From: Candidatus Sulfotelmatobacter sp.
Lineage (GTDB): Bacteria > Verrucomicrobiota > Verrucomicrobiia > Limisphaerales > UBA11358
Direction of reading: 5' to 3'
Length of the DNA stretch: 64,000 bases
NCBI GenBank assembly: GCA_035503455.1
Contig: DATJTK010000080.1
Coordinates: forward strand, 73,271-137,270
Position 1 is the first letter of the stretch; every line of letters begins with the position of its first letter. Both the position numbers and the translations under genes were made by a program. This document shows positions 53,487 through 60,150 of this stretch, piece after piece. The notes beneath the pieces were generated by a model. It made no database searches and had not been told where the DNA came from. It saw nothing but the letters and a program-made list of their open reading frames with translations.

Positions 53487-54647
53487 ATGAACATTCGGCA
53501 CACGCAATTCCTGGCCGCCCTGGCGGTATCATTCCTTATCGCCGGTTGCGGCAAATCTTCATCCACTTCGCCCGCGCCGGGCGGTGGCTCTGATATCATC
53601 AAAGTGGGAGAGTACGCTTCTCTTACCGGCAAAGAAGCGGGATTTGGCCAGTCTTCACACGACGGCACCGTGCTGGCGGTGGATGACCTGAACGCGGCCG
53701 GCGGTGTCCTGGGCAAAAAAATCCAGCTCATTACTGAAGACGACCAGTCGCAAGCCGGGCAGCCGTCCATCGACGTTCGCAAATTGATTTCAGACGATGG
53801 CGTCGTGGCGGTTTTGGGCGAAGTGGCTTCGTCCCGGTCGATGGAAGCCGCGCCCATCTGCCAGGAGAACCAGATCCCGATGATTTCACCTTCTTCGACC
53901 AACCCGAAAGTGACGGAGACGGGCGATTACATCTTTCGCGTCTGTTTCATTGATCCGTTTCAAGGGACGGTGATGGCGAATTTTGCGACCAAAACGCTGA
54001 AATTGAAAACCGCGGCGGTGTTTACGGATGTGACCAGCGATTACAGCATGGGGTTGGCAAAATTTTTCAAGGACAGCTTCACGGCCAATGGCGGAAAAAT
54101 CGTCGCCGACGAGAAGTACAACGGAGGCGACAAAGATTTCAGCGCGCAATTGACAGCGATCAAAGCCGCAAATCCCGACGGCATTTTTATTCCCGGTTAT
54201 TATACGGAAGTAGGGTTGATTGCGATACAGGCCCGGCAATTGGGTCTGAATATCCCTTTGTTTGGCGGCGACGGCTGGGAGGGCGCGCCCTTGATACCGA
54301 TTGGCGGCGCGGCGCTGGAAGGCACGTATTTTTCCACGCATTTCACGCCGGAGGACACGACGCCGGTCGTGCAGGATTTTGTGAAGAAATATGAGGCCCG
54401 TTATAATGCCACGCCCGACGCCATGGCCGCACTGGGGTACGATTCGCTCATGATTCTGGCAGATGCCATGAAGCGCGCCGGAACAACTTCCGGCCCGGCT
54501 GTCCGCGATGCCCTGGCCGCCACGAAGGATTTTCCGGGCATTACGGGTAAAATCACCATCGACAAGGACCGGAACGCATCAAAGCCGGCAGTGATTTTGG
54601 AAGTCAAAAACGGGAAGTATAATTACGTGCAGACGATTGCGCCGTGA
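53487..54647 (+). CDS. livK: Branched-chain amino-acid ABC transporter substrate-binding lipoprotein (LivK/LivJ family)
   Basis: The ATG at 53487 gives MNIRHTQFLAALAVSFLIAGC (lipobox). Type-I PBP motifs follow: IKVGEYASLTGKEAGFGQSSHDGTVLAVDDLNAAGGVLGKKIQL. Confidence 0.88.
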   Translation: MNIRHTQFLAALAVSFLIAGCGKSSSTSPAPGGGSDIIKVGEYASLTGKEAGFGQSSHDGTVLAVDDLNAAGGVLGKKIQLITEDDQSQAGQPSIDVRKLISDDGVVAVLGEVASSRSMEAAPICQENQIPMISPSSTNPKVTETGDYIFRVCFIDPFQGTVMANFATKTLKLKTAAVFTDVTSDYSMGLAKFFKDSFTANGGKIVADEKYNGGDKDFSAQLTAIKAANPDGIFIPGYYTEVGLIAIQARQLGLNIPLFGGDGWEGAPLIPIGGAALEGTYFSTHFTPEDTTPVVQDFVKKYEARYNATPDAMAALGYDSLMILADAMKRAGTTSGPAVRDALAATKDFPGITGKITIDKDRNASKPAVILEVKNGKYNYVQTIAP

Positions 54648-54652
54648 GCATG

Positions 54653-54710
54653 TGGTGGAACACGCCGCGCTGCGCCGTGTAGCGCCGCGTGCAGCGGCGC
54701 AACCAGCGTG
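54653..54710 (+). repeat. GC-rich double-hairpin REP-like element
   Basis: The sequence is tggtggaacacgccgcgctgcgccgtgtagcgccgcgtgcagcggcgcaacc. It starts 6 nt after the livK stop. Confidence 0.8.
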
Positions 54711-54776
54711 TACGCGGTCCCTTAGGTTGCCGAACCCTTGGATTGGCGCAAAAGCTTGTCCGGGTTCAAATTGTGA

Positions 54777-54965
54777 ATGACCTTAAGAAAGGGAAAATAT
54801 GAAAAACAAAATGTATTTCTGGCCTTCGCCTTTGGCTTTCTGATTTGGTTCGTTTTAAGCTTAATCTTTGGGCAGACTAAATCGTGTCGGCTGTATTTGT
54901 CTCTAACGACTTGTGCATTTTTGTTTTGGTGGCTTGTTCGTAAGGTTCCACAAAAACCAAATTAG
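54777..54965 (+). CDS. Possible small membrane protein (62 aa)
   Basis: Two hydrophobic helices (VFLAFAFGFLIWFVLSLIF, LTTCAFLFWWLV). It lies in an AT-rich insert inside the liv operon. No homology recognised. Confidence 0.25.
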   Translation: MTLRKGKYEKQNVFLAFAFGFLIWFVLSLIFGQTKSCRLYLSLTTCAFLFWWLVRKVPQKPN

Positions 54966-54980
54966 GACACTGCCAGAAAC

Positions 54981-55106
54981 ATGACTGTATTGGCCGATTT
55001 TGATATTACGCTCCGATTGCCAACGTTTCCCCAATTATTCATTGGCGTCGGCGCAATTGTTTTCGCGCTCATCGCCACATTTCTAATCGTAAGAAAGCTC
55101 AGGTAA
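54981..55106 (+). CDS. Possible small membrane protein (41 aa)
   Basis: My translation: MTVLADFDITLRLPTFPQLFIGVGAIVFALIATFLIVRKLR*. It has one TM helix and a basic tail. It falls below the ORF-track cutoff. Confidence 0.25.
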   Translation: MTVLADFDITLRLPTFPQLFIGVGAIVFALIATFLIVRKLR

Positions 55107-55280
55107 TTTCAAATAAAGGCGCCGGCCTTCCCAATACCTTGCGGTTTTGGGGCAAAGTCTTTATTTTCGTGTCCGTGTGAAGGGTGCTTGAACTCGCTTC
55201 TCGTGTGTAGCCTGAAACCTATTGCCTGCCCGCGGCCGCGGGATTGAGCCTTTTCGCAATTGAAAATTGAAAAACTCTTG

Positions 55281-55308
55281 CGTAAATCGCAAATCGTAAA
55301 TCGTAAAT
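55281..55308. repeat. (CGTAAAT)4 heptamer tandem repeat
   Basis: The repeat cgtaaat cgcaaat cgtaaat cgtaaat lies directly upstream of the livH GTG. It is preceded by attgaaa attgaaa. Confidence 0.8.
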
Positions 55309-55315
55309 TTAAACG

Positions 55316-56221
55316 GTGACTGAATTTCTCCAACAACTCATCAACGGCCTCGCCTTTGGTTCCATCCTGGCGCTCATTGCCCTTGGGTACACGATGGTTT
55401 ACGGCATTCTTCGCTTCATTAATTTTGCGCACGGGGACGTTTTCATGATTGGGGCCTTCGCGGGATATTATCTGACGCCCAGGGTCGCCGCCTTTCTGCC
55501 TGCCCCCTCGATTTGGAGCGGAATAGTGGTGATGGCCGGTTCGATGGTGATTTGCGCCGCGCTGGGAATTCTGATTGAGCGATTCGCGTATCGCCCTCTG
55601 CGCCGGAGTTCCAAGCTCGCGGTCCTCATCACTTCCATTGGCATCTCTCTGTTTCTGGAATATGGCGGACAATTCGTCTTCGGCGCGGCGCCCAGGCCAT
55701 TTCCCGCCCTGATTCCAAACTATCAAATCCCCAAATTGGGCGGCTTAAGCGTAACCAGCGATCAAGTCATCGTGCTGGCGGTCACGCTGGTGTTGCTTGC
55801 CATTCTGAGGTTCATCGTGCTGAAGACAAAAATCGGCATGGCGATGCGCGCGCTGGCGTTTAATCCGGAAGGAGCGGCGCTCATGGGCGTCAATACCAAC
55901 GTTATCATTTCGTTCACCTTCGGCCTTGGCTCGGCGCTGGCCGCGGCGGCGGGTATTCTGTTTGCGCTTCTTTATCCGGCGGTGGACCCGCTTATGGGCA
56001 TTATGCCGGGACTCAAAGCCTTCTGCGCCGCCGTCCTGGGCGGCATCGGCAATCTTCCAGGGGCAGCCCTGGGCGGACTCATCATTGGAACCGTTGAAAC
56101 CTTTGTGGCCGCCTATATCTCCTCGACCTACCGCAACGCCATCGCCTTCGCCGTCCTGATTGTCATTCTGCTCATCAAACCCTCCGGCCTGCTCGGCAAA
56201 AAGGACGTTGAAAAAGTATGA
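55316..56221 (+). CDS. livH: Branched-chain amino-acid ABC transporter permease
   Basis: MTEFLQQLINGLAFGSILALIALGYTMVYGILRFINFAHGDVFMIGAF is the canonical LivH N-terminus. Confidence 0.9.
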   Translation: MTEFLQQLINGLAFGSILALIALGYTMVYGILRFINFAHGDVFMIGAFAGYYLTPRVAAFLPAPSIWSGIVVMAGSMVICAALGILIERFAYRPLRRSSKLAVLITSIGISLFLEYGGQFVFGAAPRPFPALIPNYQIPKLGGLSVTSDQVIVLAVTLVLLAILRFIVLKTKIGMAMRALAFNPEGAALMGVNTNVIISFTFGLGSALAAAAGILFALLYPAVDPLMGIMPGLKAFCAAVLGGIGNLPGAALGGLIIGTVETFVAAYISSTYRNAIAFAVLIVILLIKPSGLLGKKDVEKV

Positions 56222-57219
56222 GGGTGAAACAACTTTCTCTCTCCGCCATCGAACGTGCCGGCGATTCCCCAAAAACCACCCTTCTGGCTGCTCTCGTCCT
56301 CTGCTTCCTGATTTCACTTCTTGAACAACATAACCAGTCTTATTGGCTGTATGTTTCCTACGACATCGGCGTCAACATCATCCTCGCCGTCAGCTTGAAT
56401 CTCATCAACGGCTATACCGGCCAATTTTCCCTGGGACACGCCGGCTTCATGGGGATTGGCGCTTACACTGCGGCGGTCATCACCAATCAATTTTCAAACC
56501 TGCATCCGGTGCTTAACGTCGGCGTTTTTATCCTTGCACTCATTGCCGGCGGATTGCTCGCCGCCCTGGCCGGGCTCATTGTGGGCATCCCGACCCTTCG
56601 ATTGCGCGGCGATTACCTGGCCATCCTCACCCTCGGATTCGGCGAAATCATCTGCGTCGTGCTTCAAAACATGGATGCCGTGGGCGGCGCGCGCGGGTAC
56701 GCGGTATATCACAACTGGACAAACATTTTTTGGGCTTTTGGAACGGGCGCCGTTGCCATTTATATCATCGTTGCCCTCGTGCACTCGACCTTTGGACGCG
56801 GCTTTATCGCGGTACAGGACGATGAAATCGCCGCCGCCGCGGTAGGCATCAATCCCGTCAAATACAAAGTCACCGCCTTCGTGATTGGCGCATTTTTCGC
56901 GGGGATTGCGGGTGGCCTTTACGCGCATTCCAAGGGATATCTGACGCCGGACGGTTTTGGTTATATGAAATCCGTGGAAATTGTCGTCATGGTCATACTG
57001 GGCGGCATGGGCAACACCCCCGGCGTTGTCTTAGCCGCAATCCTCCTGACATTGCTTTCAGAGGGCCTGCGGTCCTTGCAAGACATCGAGCACATCCCCG
57101 GCATTTCCACCGAATTCCCGCTCAGCTGGATTAGTGGGATACGCATGGTTATTTATTCGCTGTTGTTGGTCGTGCTGATGCTCACACGGCCCAAAGGGCT
57201 GTTTTCCATGAAGAAGTAA
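56218..57219 (+). CDS. livM: Branched-chain amino-acid ABC transporter permease
   Basis: NLINGYTGQFSLGHAGFMGIGAYTAA, LRLRGDYLAILTLGFGEI and GGMGNTPGV motifs. Its start overlaps the livH stop. Confidence 0.9.
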   Translation: MRVKQLSLSAIERAGDSPKTTLLAALVLCFLISLLEQHNQSYWLYVSYDIGVNIILAVSLNLINGYTGQFSLGHAGFMGIGAYTAAVITNQFSNLHPVLNVGVFILALIAGGLLAALAGLIVGIPTLRLRGDYLAILTLGFGEIICVVLQNMDAVGGARGYAVYHNWTNIFWAFGTGAVAIYIIVALVHSTFGRGFIAVQDDEIAAAAVGINPVKYKVTAFVIGAFFAGIAGGLYAHSKGYLTPDGFGYMKSVEIVVMVILGGMGNTPGVVLAAILLTLLSEGLRSLQDIEHIPGISTEFPLSWISGIRMVIYSLLLVVLMLTRPKGLFSMKK

Positions 57220-57403
57220 AAAGGAAAAAGGAAAAAGTTGAACCGAAACATGAATCATTGGCACATCGAAACATTTGCAATAGCGCAGCCGACTATGTCG
57301 CCCCTACGGGGTTCTTCGTGTTTTTTCGGTCGTTTACTACAGATACGTCGCCCCTACGGCGTTTCAGCAGCAAATACTTTTTCCTTTTTCCTTTTTCCTT
57401 TTT
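57218..57403. repeat. MITE-like ~186-bp insertion with (AAAAAGG)n terminal inverted repeats between livM and livG
   Basis: The left end aaaaaggaaaaaggaaaaag (57218-37) overlaps the livM TAA. The right end is ctttttcctttttcctttttccttttt (57377-403). An internal 13-bp direct repeat gtcgcccctacgg occurs at 57297 and 57347. Confidence 0.6.
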
Positions 57404-57410
57404 AATTTTG

Positions 57411-58193
57411 ATGTTACTGCGCCTGGAAAAAACAACGATTCGATTTGGCGGTCTGACCGCCGTTTCCTCGTTCGATCTCGATATCGACTCGAATGAACTG
57501 GTCGGGCTCATCGGCCCAAACGGCGCGGGGAAAACTACCGTCTTCAATCTCATTACGGGCGTGTACCAACCGACGAGCGGGGAAATCTTCTTCAAAGGCC
57601 AATCGCTTGCAGGCTGCAAGCCGCATCAAATCACCTCCTGCGGCATCGCGCGGACGTTTCAAAATATCCGGCTTTTTCCCTCCTTCACGGTGTTTGACAA
57701 TGTGCGCGCCGCATTTCACCTGCATTTGCGGGGCGACGCGCGCCACGCGCTTTGGCGCGGCAAAGGGTATTTCGCTGAGGAAGAGGAGATTGCGTCTTGC
57801 GTTTTTGAACTGCTGGAAATTTTTCATCTCGGAAAATTCCGCGACGCCATGGCCACCAGCCTCAGTTACGGCGACCAGCGCCGGCTGGAAATCGTGCGGG
57901 CGCTGGCGACGCGGCCCAAATTGCTGCTGCTGGATGAGCCGGCCGCCGGAATGAATCCCAACGAAAAAGTTGAATTGATGCGCCTGATTCAATTCATCAA
58001 GGACCGTTTCCAAATTTCGATCCTCCTGGTCGAGCATGACATGCAGGTCGTCATGGGAATCTGCACGCGTATTGCCGTCCTAGATTACGGAGTAAAAATT
58101 GCCGAAGGCGCGCCGGCGGAAATCCGCTCAAACCCGAAAGTCATCGAAGCCTACCTCGGAGAAGAATCAAAGGCGCCCAATGCTGGAAATTAA
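57411..58193 (+). CDS. livG: Branched-chain amino-acid ABC transporter ATP-binding protein
   Basis: From ATG 57411: MLLRLEKTTIRFGGLTAVSSFDLDI..GLIGPNGAGKTTVFNLITG, LSYGDQRRLEIVRAL and LLLLDEPAAG. The 5' extension in the ORF track merely translates the MITE-like element. Confidence 0.9.
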   Translation: MLLRLEKTTIRFGGLTAVSSFDLDIDSNELVGLIGPNGAGKTTVFNLITGVYQPTSGEIFFKGQSLAGCKPHQITSCGIARTFQNIRLFPSFTVFDNVRAAFHLHLRGDARHALWRGKGYFAEEEEIASCVFELLEIFHLGKFRDAMATSLSYGDQRRLEIVRALATRPKLLLLDEPAAGMNPNEKVELMRLIQFIKDRFQISILLVEHDMQVVMGICTRIAVLDYGVKIAEGAPAEIRSNPKVIEAYLGEESKAPNAGN

Positions 58194-58887
58194 AAATCTT
58201 GTCGTCCAGTACGGCGCCATTGCCGCGCTGCACGGTATTTCGCTGTCGGTGCCCGACGGGCAAATCGTCACGCTGATTGGCGCAAATGGCGCCGGCAAAA
58301 CCACGACGCTCAAAACCATTTCCGGCCTCGTCAAGCCCGCTTCGGGCCAAATCCTGTACGGGAGCGATGATATCGCCGGCCTCGCGCCCCACCGCATCGT
58401 CGCGCGGGGCGTGTCACAGTCGCCTGAAGGACGGATGATTTTTGCCAACCTGACCGTTCACGAAAACCTGCAACTGGGCGCTTACCTGCAAAAGAACCGC
58501 GAGACAGTCCGGCGCGAACTTGAGCGTGTGTTTATTTTATTTCCGCGGCTGAAGGAAAGAGAAAAGCAGGTCGCCGGGACCTTGAGCGGGGGCGAGCAGC
58601 AGATGCTGGCAATCGGGCGTGCCCTGATGAGCCGTCCGCGGCTGCTATTGCTGGACGAGCCGTCGCTGGGTCTTGCGCCGCTTCTGGTCAAAACCATTTT
58701 CGAGAAAATCGTGGAAATCAACCGCGAACAGCGCCTGACCATTTTGCTGGTGGAACAAAATGCGAACCTGGCGCTGGAGATTTCTCATTTTGGTTACGTG
58801 CTTGAAACCGGCAAAGTGGTCTTGCAAGGACCCTCCTGCGAATTGCGACAAAACCCGAAGGTCAAGAGCGCCTATCTGGGAGGGTGA
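58180..58887 (+). CDS. livF: Branched-chain amino-acid ABC transporter ATP-binding protein
   Basis: From ATG 58180: MLEIKNLVVQYGAIAALHGISLSV..LIGANGAGKTTTLKTISG, LSGGEQQMLAIGRAL and LLLLDEPSLGLAP. Confidence 0.9.
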   Translation: MLEIKNLVVQYGAIAALHGISLSVPDGQIVTLIGANGAGKTTTLKTISGLVKPASGQILYGSDDIAGLAPHRIVARGVSQSPEGRMIFANLTVHENLQLGAYLQKNRETVRRELERVFILFPRLKEREKQVAGTLSGGEQQMLAIGRALMSRPRLLLLDEPSLGLAPLLVKTIFEKIVEINREQRLTILLVEQNANLALEISHFGYVLETGKVVLQGPSCELRQNPKVKSAYLGG

Positions 58888-58910
58888 GTCGAACCCGGTG
58901 GGTTTTTCAT

Positions 58911-58990
58911 TCGGTGTTCAGCGTTCGATGTTCGATGTTCGATGTTTTTGGGCTCATTCACTGAACCCGAAACCTCGAACATCGAATGCC
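58911..58990. repeat. (CGATGTT)n heptamer element with inverted partner
   Basis: The sequence tcggtgttcagcgttcgatgttcgatgttcgatgtttttggg ... cctcgaacatcgaatg lies downstream of livF. Confidence 0.8.
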
Positions 58991-59309
58991 CTCTTCACTC
59001 CGCAATCCCGACCCCCAGACCGCGTGCCTGATACCGTTCCGCTGATGGCTGCCAGAAACGGTCGCTGTTAATGTCGCGGCTCGCGCTTTGCGGCGCCGGG
59101 CCGGTGACTTCATTAAAAAAGATATTCTCCGAGGCCACGAGCATCTGCTTGAGACCTTTTGGCAACGTCCGAAAATCCGGATACGTGCATACAATTGATT
59201 TTAACATTTTTGCCTTTCCACCCCAACGCTATGTTAGACGCGGGTACCCGGGGAAAAGATTCAAAAAAATTTATGAATTTTTGGAAAGGGTGCGCAATTA
59301 CTGCGCAAC

Positions 59310-59933
59310 TCACTGTCTCAGGAATTTTGCGACAGCCTCCGTCCTCGTGCGGACGCGCAGTTTTTCGTAGATGCGGCGGATATACGTGTGGACCGTTTCG
59401 TAACTGATTTGGAGTTTGTCGGCGATTTCCTTGTACATTAATCCGCGGCTCAACAGGTCGAGCACCTGCTGTTCGCGTTCGGACAGGTTTTCGGCGGGCT
59501 GCGCCGGGGCATTTTTTTGAAATGATTGCACCACTTTGCGCGCGATGTGCGCGGTCATGGGCGAGCCGCCGCGGAGGACGTCGCGAATTCCATCGAGCAA
59601 TTCCGCGCTCGTCGTGCGCTTGAGGAGATAGCCGCTCGCTCCCGCAGCCAGCGCTTCGAAAATATTGTCCGTATCCTCATAGACCGTGAGCATGATCATT
59701 TGGATTTCGGGCAAAAGCTTCTTCAATTGGCGGACGCATTCGACGCCGTTCATGCCGGGCAGATTGATGTCCATCAACACGACGTCCGGTTTTGCAGAGG
59801 GCAAATCCTTGAGAGCATCCTCGGCGCTTGGATATTGGCTGACACAACGGAAACCGTCGGCCCGGTTCAGAACGCGCGCCAGTGTGCCGCGCAATTTTTC
59901 ATTATCCTCGACTATGGAAACAGAAATCGACAT
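59310..59933 (-). CDS. Two-component response regulator, NarL/LuxR family
   Basis: Receiver domain (VSIVEDNEKLRGTL, DVVLMDINLPGMNG) plus LuxR HTH (LSEREQQVLDLLSRGLMYKEIADKLQISYETVHTYIRRIYEKL). Confidence 0.9.
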   Translation of the reverse strand: MSISVSIVEDNEKLRGTLARVLNRADGFRCVSQYPSAEDALKDLPSAKPDVVLMDINLPGMNGVECVRQLKKLLPEIQMIMLTVYEDTDNIFEALAAGASGYLLKRTTSAELLDGIRDVLRGGSPMTAHIARKVVQSFQKNAPAQPAENLSEREQQVLDLLSRGLMYKEIADKLQISYETVHTYIRRIYEKLRVRTRTEAVAKFLRQ

Positions 59934-59983
59934 CGCTCACGGGATACACGAAACGCGCGAGATTGTCAGGGCGAATCGTGATG

Positions 59984-60150
59984 CGTTGAAACGCTGAATC
60001 GTTAAAACGTTGAAACGGTCTGCGACGCAGGGCCTTATTGACCTGTGCGGTTTCACTGGTATGAACACGAGCGGCGACAAACGCCACGACTGCCAAACGA
60101 CGTACGGCGGCAATCCGTTTTAACGTTTCAACCTTTTAACGTTTCAACGC
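59984..60150. repeat. Inverted repeat of aacgtttcaac-type units flanking ~95 bp, between the histidine kinase (HK) and response regulator (RR) genes
   Basis: The left arm is gttgaaacgctgaatcgttaaaacgttgaaacgg (59984-60018). The right arm is ccgttttaacgtttcaaccttttaacgtttcaacg (60114-60150). The right arm encodes the last HK residues and the HK stop. Confidence 0.75.

Noticed and set aside
57259-57282. Sigma-54-like 'tggcacatcgaaacatttgca' inside the livM-livG spacer
   Set aside because: The GG-to-GC spacing is 17 nt instead of the canonical 12 nt, so it does not fit a -24/-12 promoter.
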